From a virus (lineage: Duplodnaviria > Caudoviricetes): a stretch of DNA of 27,434 nt. The stretch's first letter is position 1. Each line of letters opens with the position of its first letter. Under the pieces are notes generated by a model. That model worked only from the letters and a program-made list of their open reading frames with translations. It was not told the DNA's origin and ran no database searches. Below are positions 9,361 through 17,429 of this stretch, piece after piece. The DNA lies in IMG/VR virus record IMGVR_UViG_3300029821_000146, positions 1 through 27,434 of that record. One strand, written 5' to 3'. Position numbers and translations under genes: made by a program.

Positions 9361-9765
9361 TTACCCAACGATTTCGAGAGTGATTTCGTAGGCGGGGAAG
9401 CTGACCCCACCCACCAGCAGCGAGCCGAACTCGGCCCGCATGATTCGCGCCATCACCGCGCCCGGGATGCCGTCCACCAGGCCGGCCAGCTCGGCGTAGA
9501 CCTTGACCCAGCAGCCCTCCAACTTGGCCTGCGTGGCGTCCTCGTCAGCTCCCGGCCGGTCGACCACCACATGCACCGGCCACGACCACTGATCGAGGCA
9601 CGGCTGCACGTTCGGCTGCTCCAAGGACGGCTGTCCGATGACGACCGCCGGCGCCTGGAAGGTGCCGGTGATCGCTCGCCGGTACACCCGCTCGACCTCA
9701 GTCGTGTCCTTCGCGTCGTCCAGCCCATCGCCGAGGTGACCGCGGACCGCTGCTAGGTCGAGCAT
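9361..9765 (-). CDS. Tail terminator / head-tail joining protein
   Basis: Start reassigned to ATG 9765 (TGATG overlap); 'PAVVIGQP...PAYEITLEI'; directly upstream of the major tail gene. Confidence 0.65.
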   Translation of the reverse strand: MLDLAAVRGHLGDGLDDAKDTTEVERVYRRAITGTFQAPAVVIGQPSLEQPNVQPCLDQWSWPVHVVVDRPGADEDATQAKLEGCWVKVYAELAGLVDGIPGAVMARIMRAEFGSLLVGGVSFPAYEITLEIVG

Positions 9766-10106
9766 CAGACCATGATCTTTCGGTAGGGGCCGGTCAGGCT
9801 CTGCACGTCCCGGTCGATCGCGCCCACTCGCATCACGCCCAGCTCGCCCATGTTCAGCAGGCCATCGGGGGAGTTGCGGCGGGCAAGATACCGGCCGGTG
9901 AGGAGGATCACCGCTTGCACCAGGTCCTCGACGTCGACCGGGCGAGTGATCTCCTCGCCGTCCTCGGTGACCGTCTCGGTCTTCCACCGGCACCGGCGAG
10001 CGATCCACCGCTCGGCCGCGGCGTACGCCTTCAGGAACGCCACATCGGTGGCCGCGTTCTCATACTTGAGAACCACGGCCACCTCAGTGGCAGTCGTCAG
10101 AGCCAT
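9765..10106 (-). CDS. Head-to-tail adaptor (gp6/gp15-like)
   Basis: Start ATG 10106; 'QAVILLTGRYLARRNSPDG...DRDVQSLTGPYR' motif; follows the capsid gene. Confidence 0.8.
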   Translation of the reverse strand: MALTTATEVAVVLKYENAATDVAFLKAYAAAERWIARRCRWKTETVTEDGEEITRPVDVEDLVQAVILLTGRYLARRNSPDGLLNMGELGVMRVGAIDRDVQSLTGPYRKIMV

Positions 10107-10126
10107 GATCGGCGCTCGCTCTGGCC

Positions 10127-11440
10127 TCAGGCCGCGGCGATCTCGACCTTGGAGAACGCGGTGGCGTCCATGTTGCCCCAGGCGCCATAGCCGCCATAGG
10201 CGACCTGGACACCCAGGTTCACCGGGGTGATCGCGGACAGCAGGCCGATCCGCTCCTCGTAGAACTCGAACTGCTCCTTGCGGCCGACGATCATGGTGCC
10301 GGACTCGAAGCCGGGAACCATGACGCGCGGGGCGTCCAGGATCGAGCCCATGAAGTTCATCACCGAGGAGGTGCCGGCGGAGATCTGGCTGTTGTTCTCG
10401 GCGCGGACCGCGTCGATCACCGCGCCGAGCTGGGCCCACATGTCGATGGACGTCCAGATGATGTTCGGCAGCCGGCGAGCGCGAGCCCGCTTGGTGCCGC
10501 CCGCGGTGGCCGCCTTGGTGGCCGCCAGGTACAGCGCCTTGATCCACGCCGGGAGCTTCTCGACGTCGGCCGCGGCGATCTCCTGCGACTGAGTGACGCC
10601 GGTGGCGAACGCGGCCGCCACGATGTCCTCAGTCTCCTCGGCGTACTCGAACTGGAGATCCTCGATCAGCGCGTTCCACGCGGCCGGGCTGGTCCAGTCG
10701 ATGTCCTGCCGGGACACGCGCAGCGCGCCGCCGAAAACCTTCTTGGTGAACGAAACGCCGTCGACCTTGAAGTCACCGAAGGTCAGTTCGCCGAGCTCGG
10801 CGGTCTGCTCTGCGACGCTGGTCGACTGCACAACCTTGGGCCGCTCGAAGGTCTTACCGGGAACGACGTCCAGCGGCTTGATCCCGATCGAGGACAGGAA
10901 CGGGCGGCTGCCGTCGAGCTGGGTCAGGATGGCGCCGATGATCGGCTCGGGCAGCAGCCCGGCGTGGTCGGCGGTGGTGACCAGGTTGCCGGCGGGAACG
11001 TCGTTGGCTGCGCGGCCGAGCGCGGACGCGACCCGCTGAGCGGCGTCAGCGTCGGGTAGCCGGTTCTGGCTCTCATCGCCGCGGGCCCGCAGGTAGTCGA
11101 CCACGAAGTGGCCAGGGCTGCGGTACTCGACGGCGCGGTCGCGGGCGGTGACGCCGAGCGACTGGCCGCCGGCGGGCGGGGTGCTGCCGCCGTGGGTCGC
11201 ACGGACGTTGGCCAGCGCGGTCGCGGAGCTCTCCTGGTGGGCGGCGCGGGTGGCCTCGAAGGCCTCCAGGTCGCTGATCTGCTCATCCAGCTGCGCGATG
11301 CGCTCGCGGGTGGCATTGAGGTTGGACCGCTCAGCGTCCACCATGTCGCGGTTCTCTTCCGAGATACGGCTCAGGAGCTGGTCGGCGTACGTGGTCTGCT
11401 CTGCGCGCTGCGCCAGCAGTGAGGCAAGGACGGGATTCAT
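10127..11440 (-). CDS. Major capsid protein (HK97 fold, N-terminal coiled-coil delta/scaffold domain)
   Basis: 437 aa; N-terminal coiled coil; 'LLPEPIIG', 'FGGALRVSRQDIDWTSP', 'VAYGGY' motifs; downstream of the protease. Confidence 0.92.
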   Translation of the reverse strand: MNPVLASLLAQRAEQTTYADQLLSRISEENRDMVDAERSNLNATRERIAQLDEQISDLEAFEATRAAHQESSATALANVRATHGGSTPPAGGQSLGVTARDRAVEYRSPGHFVVDYLRARGDESQNRLPDADAAQRVASALGRAANDVPAGNLVTTADHAGLLPEPIIGAILTQLDGSRPFLSSIGIKPLDVVPGKTFERPKVVQSTSVAEQTAELGELTFGDFKVDGVSFTKKVFGGALRVSRQDIDWTSPAAWNALIEDLQFEYAEETEDIVAAAFATGVTQSQEIAAADVEKLPAWIKALYLAATKAATAGGTKRARARRLPNIIWTSIDMWAQLGAVIDAVRAENNSQISAGTSSVMNFMGSILDAPRVMVPGFESGTMIVGRKEQFEFYEERIGLLSAITPVNLGVQVAYGGYGAWGNMDATAFSKVEIAAA

Positions 11441-11443
11441 GGC

Positions 11444-11496
11444 GATGGGCCACCTTCCGAGGTCGATTGAGTAATCGCCTCTCGTGGTGGCCCATC
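11444..11496 (-). promoter_or_regulatory. RNA hairpin overlapping the capsid RBS
   Basis: GATGGGCCACC (11444-11454) / GGTGGCCCATC (11486-11496) perfect 11-bp inverted repeat, plus inner stem GAGG(T)CGATT/AATCGCCTC. Confidence 0.6.
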
Positions 11497-11520
11497 CCAG
11501 ATCCTCAGCTGGTGGCCCGT

Positions 11521-11724
11521 CTAATGCTCCGGGCTGGGATCCTTCGTCTCCGGCGAGAGTTTCGCTTTCGGCGTCAGGGTAGCTCGCTTGCGCGGCTTGG
11601 GTCGAGGACGCTCAGGTTCGTCCGCGTGTCGAATGTCTGGCTCGGTGGTGGTGACCTGGGCCTCACCGGTGTGGGTGCGGTGGCCTTCGGTGAGCTTCAG
11701 GATCTCCTCTCGGAAGCTACCCAT
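11521..11724 (-). CDS. Small hypothetical protein, probably disordered
   Basis: ATG 11724 with GGAGG RBS, overlapping upstream stop; P/K/R/E-rich. Confidence 0.45.
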   Translation of the reverse strand: MGSFREEILKLTEGHRTHTGEAQVTTTEPDIRHADEPERPRPKPRKRATLTPKAKLSPETKDPSPEH

Positions 11725-11962
11725 TTCGAGCCTCCACATCGGCCCGGACGAAGCAATCCTTCGCCTCCAGCAGCTTTCGCAGGCCGGCCGTCAGCTCGGG
11801 ACCATCCGGCAACGTCCTGGCCATCTCGTGCGCCAGATTGGAGCATGCCGCGCTCACGGGCTGCAGATCCGCCCGGAGGTGTTCCCACCGGAAGAACGCC
11901 AGCATTCGACGGGTGGGCTCTCCGATCGGGGAACCGTCGTCGTACTTCGTCAGCTCGTTCAT
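11717..11962 (-). CDS. Conserved small phage helical-hairpin protein (possible Acb2/Tad1-like fold)
   Basis: ATG 11962 (ATGA overlap with protease stop, GAGGAG RBS); FFRWEHL...LPDGPELTAGLRKLLEAKDCFVRA motif. Confidence 0.75.
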   Translation of the reverse strand: MNELTKYDDGSPIGEPTRRMLAFFRWEHLRADLQPVSAACSNLAHEMARTLPDGPELTAGLRKLLEAKDCFVRADVEARNG

Positions 11963-12588
11963 CGCTTCACGCTCCTCAACCAGTTCAGCCAAGACTCAAC
12001 CTCAGCCGAAGACCGACCCTCATGCACCTTCTTCGCCTCCCGCGTCCGCACCAACGACACCTGCGCACCAGCAAACGCCGGCGTCGGCGTCAACGACACC
12101 TCCAACAGGCGCGCCTCCAGACGTGTCACCTTGTCCATGTGATCCGGACCCAGATCGGGATCCCAATCCCGCAGATCCACCATCTCCCACTCCGACCGGA
12201 TCGGAATGAACCCCACCGACAGGCCCGTGAGCATCAGCTTCTCGGCGAGATCGGCGGCGCGCGTCGCCTCCTCCGAGGTGTCCAACTTCCACACCGCATC
12301 GAGACCAGCGGACGATTCGGTCCACTTCTCCGAGACTCCGATGGGCCACGTCCGGTTGTCGTGCCACATCAGCAGCGGCAAGCCCTTCGCAGCCTCACGG
12401 GTCGATCGCTCGAACACGCCGGCGGCCATCTGCTCCATGAACCAGCCGATGTTCGCCCACTCGCCGTAGGGCACTGCCCGGCCCTCCAGGTACCGGCCAG
12501 ACGCCGACACCTCCGCATCGCGCAGCTGGAGCCCCAGCGCGCTCATCGTCCGCACCTCAGGGGCGCGCAACGTCACCGTCTCAGTCAT
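11959..12588 (-). CDS. HK97-family prohead protease
   Basis: Start ATG 12588; LEGRAVPYG, LLMWHD (His), GLSVGF (Ser), LLEVSLTPTPAFAGA motifs. Confidence 0.93.
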   Translation of the reverse strand: MTETVTLRAPEVRTMSALGLQLRDAEVSASGRYLEGRAVPYGEWANIGWFMEQMAAGVFERSTREAAKGLPLLMWHDNRTWPIGVSEKWTESSAGLDAVWKLDTSEEATRAADLAEKLMLTGLSVGFIPIRSEWEMVDLRDWDPDLGPDHMDKVTRLEARLLEVSLTPTPAFAGAQVSLVRTREAKKVHEGRSSAEVESWLNWLRSVKR

Positions 12589-13742
12589 GCCGGTACCTCC
12601 TCTGGATTGCCCGCGGCCGGCGCCGCTGGATCTTGACCACCGGCGCCCGGCTGCAGCGCATCCGGTACCGGCTTCGGCTTGAGTTCGTCGGGCACCTCGG
12701 CACCCAGGCCGAGGTAGACCCGAGCCTCGGACAAGGTGATGATCTTGTTCTTCAGGAGCGAGGCCACCCAACCCGCAGTGGTCTGCATGTCGTCGGTCAT
12801 CACCACGTTCCGCGCGAACCGCACCCGCCGGCCACGCGGTAGCCACTTCATCGACCACACGCCCTCGAAGTCCTCCAGGATCGGGCTCACCGTCTGGCGG
12901 ACCAGGTTGAGGTACATCGGGCCGGGCGACTTGTAGTTGTAGCCGGTCGACTGAGCGCCCACCCAATAGGCGTCGATGTTCATCATGTTCGCGGCGTCGA
13001 CCAAGCCGAGCTGCCGGGCCTCGACCAGCTGCGAGTCGGACGGCGACCACGCCAATGGCCTCACCTCGGTGCCCTTCGGCAGTACCGCCGGCACCCGATT
13101 AGGTCCGCCGTACTTGTTCAACCAAGCGGTCTGAGCTGCGTCGATCTCCTCCTGGCCAAGGTCATCATGCGGAGCCACGATCACCACCGAGGGAACCGCC
13201 GACCCCTTCAGGATCCGCGACTCGTAGGTCGACTGGTCGACCATGACGCCGAGCGAGTCCAGGAACTGCTCCACCATCCCGACACCGACCCACGGGGCCA
13301 GCGGATGCGCACCGCGACGAACGTGCACCACGTCCTCGGTGTTCAGGCGAACACCCGCACACCAGTAGTCAAGCTGGCCATCCGGCATCCTGGTGCACGT
13401 CGTCCACGCCGCCGGCAACCACACCGCCGACAACGGCTGACCGAACGCACCCCGAGACGTCACCAGATGCAGGGCGTTCCCGTGCACCAGGTAGTCCTCG
13501 ATCTGCACGTCGACGAACCACGACCGCGCCTGATCCGGATCCGGCTGCTCCAACAACCCCGGCCGCGGTAACACCACATCACCGCGCAAGTCGTCCAACG
13601 GCATCTGCTTGGCCAGACCGCCAATCAGCGCGAGCCCCCGACCGATCGCCGGGATGCCCTTCACCCTCGTCGCCGTGAGCCGCGCGTTCGCCCACATATC
13701 GGGCCACACGATCTCGCTCCACGGCTGAATCGCCACCGTCAC
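12585..13742 (-). CDS. Portal protein (HK97-like)
   Basis: GTG 13742 after a purine-rich RBS; 'YLVHGNA', 'EDVVHVR', 'SPSDSQLVEAR', 'IITLSEAR' motifs. Confidence 0.92.
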   Translation of the reverse strand: MTVAIQPWSEIVWPDMWANARLTATRVKGIPAIGRGLALIGGLAKQMPLDDLRGDVVLPRPGLLEQPDPDQARSWFVDVQIEDYLVHGNALHLVTSRGAFGQPLSAVWLPAAWTTCTRMPDGQLDYWCAGVRLNTEDVVHVRRGAHPLAPWVGVGMVEQFLDSLGVMVDQSTYESRILKGSAVPSVVIVAPHDDLGQEEIDAAQTAWLNKYGGPNRVPAVLPKGTEVRPLAWSPSDSQLVEARQLGLVDAANMMNIDAYWVGAQSTGYNYKSPGPMYLNLVRQTVSPILEDFEGVWSMKWLPRGRRVRFARNVVMTDDMQTTAGWVASLLKNKIITLSEARVYLGLGAEVPDELKPKPVPDALQPGAGGQDPAAPAAGNPEEVPA

Positions 13743-13756
13743 CGCAACCCCTTCCC

Positions 13757-15319
13757 TCAACCGATCCGGAACGGCGGCCGCGGCTTCGGCGGCGCCGGAA
13801 TCTTGTCTGCAGCCCACAACGCCACCGAGAACGCCGGCAGCATCGCGATCGGCTCCGCGCCACGCTTCACCGGCACCGGGCCCGAACGCCACCGCGCCGT
13901 GCCCGCTCGAGTTACCGCCGTCACCATTTCGCCCCGCGGATCATGTATCCGCACCCGCACCAGCTCCGGCGGACGCTGCTCCTCGATCGACGTCTTCAAC
14001 CGGGTGAACGATGCCGAGTAATCACCGGCCGGAAGCCGCAGCATCGTCACACCCTCGGGCAACCTGGGCTCGATCTCGTCAGCGAGATCCCGAGCCGGCC
14101 CCGCATTCACACACGCCACCAGACCGACACCGCCGGCCTCCACCATTTCCACGATCCGAGGCCCAGCCCACCGAGTGCCGTCCCGCTCCTCAACCGCCTC
14201 CACCTGGGCCACACCATCGGGCCACACGTAGCCGGCCGCGATCGACGCCTGCAGCCCATCGGGATCCACCTCGAACGCCAGGGCCACCCGCGCATCCTCC
14301 GGGATCCCCGCAACCGCGGCCGCGTCGTGGATCCGGACCAGATCGATGATCGCCGAATCGCTCCCGGTGTCGTCATCGATTCCGCCGTAGTGCCGCAGGA
14401 ACCGCGTCCGGCCCTTCGTCAGCTCGTTGGCCAGGAACGCCCGACCGAGCCCGAAGTGCCGGCGAGGATGTGACGCCCACACCACATCGATCAGCTGCTC
14501 ATCCTCCAGGTCCTGCACCGGCACCCCGTCGACCATCGGCGGCACCGCCCACTCGAAGAACGCCGAGCCGAGCCGGCGGCCGCGCGCGACACCTTCACGC
14601 CCGATCACCCGCTGGTGCTTCAACGCCGTCGACCGCAGCACCCCCGCCGCGGACAGCAACAGCTCCTGGCCTTCCTTCACCGACCACGCCGGCCGATACC
14701 CGTCCTGGATCGCCTCCAGCTCGGCGAGCGTCAGCGCCCACAGCTCATCGACAATCGCCATATCCGGGTCCTCGCCGTGCAGCGACTCATCGTCTGGTGC
14801 CGCCGGCAGATAGAGCGATCCGGTCTTGATCCAGCGGAGCTCCTCGTGAGCAATCGAGATCTTCCGCTTCACCTGAGCCGCCATCGGCGAGGCCAGGATC
14901 TGATCGGTGGCATCACGCCACCGGTGGACCGCGCTGTCCCGCTTCTGGGCCATCGTCCACGCCTGGCGCCTCTCCTTGCCGCCGCACGTCCTGGCAACCA
15001 TCGGCTGCACCACCACGGTCTTGCCGCTACGTCGGGGCATGAACGCTGTGCCCTGGTCGTACGCCAGCCGGCCCGGCTCAGGATCGCCAGCCTCCTCGGA
15101 CTGCACCTCGCCCATCACGTCCACGATGTACCGCTGACTGGGGAACAGTGGCCGGCCGAGGATCTCCGCAGCCCGCGCGACGATGCCGCCGTACGTCGGA
15201 CGCTCAGGCGTCCGCTCGGTCGCCCACAGAGGGGCCGGACCCCAGGAGGGATTCCAGCTCGTCGGTGTCCCCGGCGACTCCTCCCGGATCTGCTCCTCCA
15301 TCACCTGGGCCAGGCTCAC
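13757..15319 (-). CDS. terL: Terminase large subunit
   Basis: Walker A PRRSGKT, Walker B AIVDELW, 'LFPSQRY', 'FFEWA'. Start uncertain (GTG 15319 or ATG 15301). Confidence 0.9.
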   Translation of the reverse strand: MSLAQVMEEQIREESPGTPTSWNPSWGPAPLWATERTPERPTYGGIVARAAEILGRPLFPSQRYIVDVMGEVQSEEAGDPEPGRLAYDQGTAFMPRRSGKTVVVQPMVARTCGGKERRQAWTMAQKRDSAVHRWRDATDQILASPMAAQVKRKISIAHEELRWIKTGSLYLPAAPDDESLHGEDPDMAIVDELWALTLAELEAIQDGYRPAWSVKEGQELLLSAAGVLRSTALKHQRVIGREGVARGRRLGSAFFEWAVPPMVDGVPVQDLEDEQLIDVVWASHPRRHFGLGRAFLANELTKGRTRFLRHYGGIDDDTGSDSAIIDLVRIHDAAAVAGIPEDARVALAFEVDPDGLQASIAAGYVWPDGVAQVEAVEERDGTRWAGPRIVEMVEAGGVGLVACVNAGPARDLADEIEPRLPEGVTMLRLPAGDYSASFTRLKTSIEEQRPPELVRVRIHDPRGEMVTAVTRAGTARWRSGPVPVKRGAEPIAMLPAFSVALWAADKIPAPPKPRPPFRIG

Positions 15320-15533
15320 CGCCAGGACCTCCCGGACGCAGATCCGCGAGCAACTCGCGCAGCTCGCGCAACGCAGCCAGCGACTCCCGAGGCTTCCCAT
15401 CCCGCCGACAGGCATCGGCGACGTCGGCCACCGAGATCACCATCTCCGCCGTGATCCGGGCCAATCCGACCAGATCGCCCGACTCCTTGACGAACCTGCG
15501 AGCTTCCTTCCCGACCCGCCCAACTCCGGCCAT
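15204..15533 (-). CDS. terS: Terminase small subunit (putative)
   Basis: Small helical ORF immediately upstream of and overlapping terL; 'AALRELRELLADL' followed by an acidic/Gly tail. Confidence 0.65.
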   Translation of the reverse strand: MAGVGRVGKEARRFVKESGDLVGLARITAEMVISVADVADACRRDGKPRESLAALRELRELLADLRPGGPGGEPGPGDGGADPGGVAGDTDELESLLGSGPSVGDRADA

Positions 15534-15564
15534 ATTTCATCACCCCTGGTTGCCCGGTTTCGCC

Positions 15565-15630
15565 GGGAGAGAGAGACAGAAGCGGGCTGCGGGCTTCCTT
15601 CGCAGCGCCCCTCAGCAAAAAAACGCCACG
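15565..15630. other. Candidate cos / genome-end region
   Basis: Non-coding gap between HNH and terS. Minus strand reads GTTTTTTT...CCCGC...TCTCTCTCTCCC, an arrangement recalled near cos sites of HNH/cos phages. Exact cut site not determinable. Confidence 0.4.
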
Positions 15631-15943
15631 ACAAGGGGAAACGTCGCGGCGCGTGTCGCGCCTACGTGCTTGCGGGTCGTCGCTGAGCCGCTGCATTTCA
15701 TCATTCGCGTCTTGTGGGGTGTGGTTTGTGGGGTTGGTGCGCTTGGTGGGGGTGTCGTCCCCTGGTGTGGGTGCGGTGTGTTGTGCGGCTCTGTGTGGCG
15801 ATCTGAGCGCCTCAACCCCCGGGGTGGGCCGATCACCTTCGGGGCATGGTGCGAGGCTGTAAGGCCTGGCAAAGCTCGCCGATGGTGTGGGTTTCTGGGT
15901 CACGTCCACCAGGTTACGGGGTATGCCTCGGTTTGGTGGGGAT

Positions 15944-16684
15944 CTACCAGCGCCGGGAGGGTGTGAGGGTGGCTGGTTGCGTGGTCTGCTCGGCTTGGTA
16001 GTCGCGCCACCACTTGCGTGCTGCGGTGAGTTCGCCTGCTGGGTTGCTGTTGCGGGAGCGGGCGAGGATGCGTTGCTCGCACTGGTTGAGGGGTGTGGCG
16101 ATGATGCGGGTCTCGGTGGCCTGGATGAGTTGTGCTGCCTGGTCTCGTGCTGTGCGGGTGGCTCCTGCTCGGATGACGACGGCGTGGGCGTTGGGGTTGG
16201 TGGCGATCTGGGCGATCGCCTTCTTGAAGGTGGCTTCGTTGCCGGCCCATTGTGGGTGGTCGCGATCGTAAATCGTGAGGCCTTGTTGGGCGAGCTGGTT
16301 GGCGATGGTGCTTTTGCCTGCTCCTGGTGGGCCGCAGAGGAGGATGACTCGGCGGGGTTGGTTGGTGGGTGTGGGGTTGGTCCAGTTGCGTGAGGGTGGG
16401 ATTTGGGCTCGGCGTTGGTGTCGGAGTCGTCCGCCTGCTGCTCGGTTGCAGCGTCCGGAGTGTTCGGGTTGTAGGTCGATGGTGTTGGGGCCGTGGGTGG
16501 CTTGGTCGAGGAGGTGTCCGAGGTCCCAGGGTTGGCCGGGGAGGATGGGCTGGTTGCACTTGCGGCAGATCCACTGGGTGTGTTCGGGGTCTGTGCCTGC
16601 CCAGATGTGGGCGAGGCGGTGGGTCCAGTTGGCGCGGGTCTTCATCCATGCTCGGCTGCCGCGTCGTGCTGCTGGGTTGGACAT
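15944..16684 (-). CDS. HNH endonuclease fused to a P-loop NTPase/kinase-like domain
   Basis: CRKC...WDLGH...PEHSGRCNRAAG (HNH), then VILLCGPPGAGKST...IYDRD (Walker A, small-kinase/AAA_33-like); upstream of terS. Confidence 0.85.
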   Translation of the reverse strand: MSNPAARRGSRAWMKTRANWTHRLAHIWAGTDPEHTQWICRKCNQPILPGQPWDLGHLLDQATHGPNTIDLQPEHSGRCNRAAGGRLRHQRRAQIPPSRNWTNPTPTNQPRRVILLCGPPGAGKSTIANQLAQQGLTIYDRDHPQWAGNEATFKKAIAQIATNPNAHAVVIRAGATRTARDQAAQLIQATETRIIATPLNQCEQRILARSRNSNPAGELTAARKWWRDYQAEQTTQPATLTPSRRW

Positions 16685-16689
16685 GGTTC

Positions 16690-16931
16690 GAGTTTTCCAC
16701 AGGCTGTTGTGGGGGTCGCGCGTGCGGGTTGGGCAGTGTGTTGAGTTGGGTCCTCCAGAATTCTTCCTAGTAGTTACTTTCTCCTCTTCTTCCTCGGGGG
16801 GTCATGGGGTGACCCCCTTTCTGGCCGATTTTGACCCCCTTTCTCTCGGAATGGGGGTCATCTGTGATCGGTAATGGGGGTCAGATGTGACCCGCTTTCC
16901 GTAGCTTTGGGGGTGTGAGTTATCCACAGGC
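16690..16931. promoter_or_regulatory. Putative phage replication origin (iterons, DnaA boxes, AT/pyrimidine-rich tract)
   Basis: Six TGACCC(C/G)C motifs in both orientations (16797-16895); TTATCCACA 16920-16928 and TTTTCCACA 16693-16701; low-GC tract ~16758-16795. Confidence 0.65.
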
Positions 16932-16965
16932 AGAGGCCCCGCTGGACGGATCCGGCGGGGCCTCT
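16932..16965. terminator. GC-rich hairpin, putative terminator
   Basis: AGAGGCCCCGCTGGA / TCCGGCGGGGCCTCT 15-bp inverted repeat with one mismatch, 4-nt loop; no U tract. Confidence 0.6.
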
Positions 16966-17063
16966 AAGGTCGATGTCGTCAGCTACCACAGCAGGCCAAA
17001 CATCAGGGCGAGAGCGACCGGGTTAACCCCGACCGGCCCGCACTAGTTACCTAGTCCTGGATT

Positions 17064-17420
17064 CTACTCCTTGGCCTGGGCCAGTGCGTCGATGAACGCC
17101 TCAGCCTTACCGACGTCGCGGCCCGGGAACTCGAACCGCTGCACCACCCGCCCGTCGACGGTGAGCACCAGGCGGCCCTTCGTGACGTCCTTGCGCGCCA
17201 GTGCGCCCAGGATCATGCCCGCGGGGCCCAGCAGCAGCCCGCCGGCCAGCACGCGGGTCGCGGTGATGCGTGAGTGTTGGTCCTCGACTTCGACGTCGAG
17301 CTGGGCCTGGTCGACCGGCCAGGTCTTGACGCCGATCGAGAAGTAGGGCGGCACGATCTTGCCCCACTTGCGGTTGGAGACCATAAACGGGCCGAAGGTG
17401 TGGGTGACGACTTTGGGCAT
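17064..17420 (-). CDS. Membrane-associated hypothetical protein, moron-like
   Basis: Hydrophobic Gly-rich segment RITATRVLAGGLLLGPAGMILGALA; no SD; TAGCCT 6 nt upstream of the ATG. Confidence 0.75.
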   Translation of the reverse strand: MPKVVTHTFGPFMVSNRKWGKIVPPYFSIGVKTWPVDQAQLDVEVEDQHSRITATRVLAGGLLLGPAGMILGALARKDVTKGRLVLTVDGRVVQRFEFPGRDVGKAEAFIDALAQAKE

Positions 17421-17429
17421 GCGCCCAGG

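Noticed and set aside
15316-15909. 197-aa minus-strand ORF across the HNH-terS gap
   Set aside because: Low-complexity P/T/R sequence reflecting strand skew; overlaps terS out of frame; the region is more plausibly non-coding cos DNA.
17020-17055. Short palindromes GGGTTAACCC and ACTAG-N4-CTAGT
   Set aside because: Too short and not repeated; cannot be told from chance.
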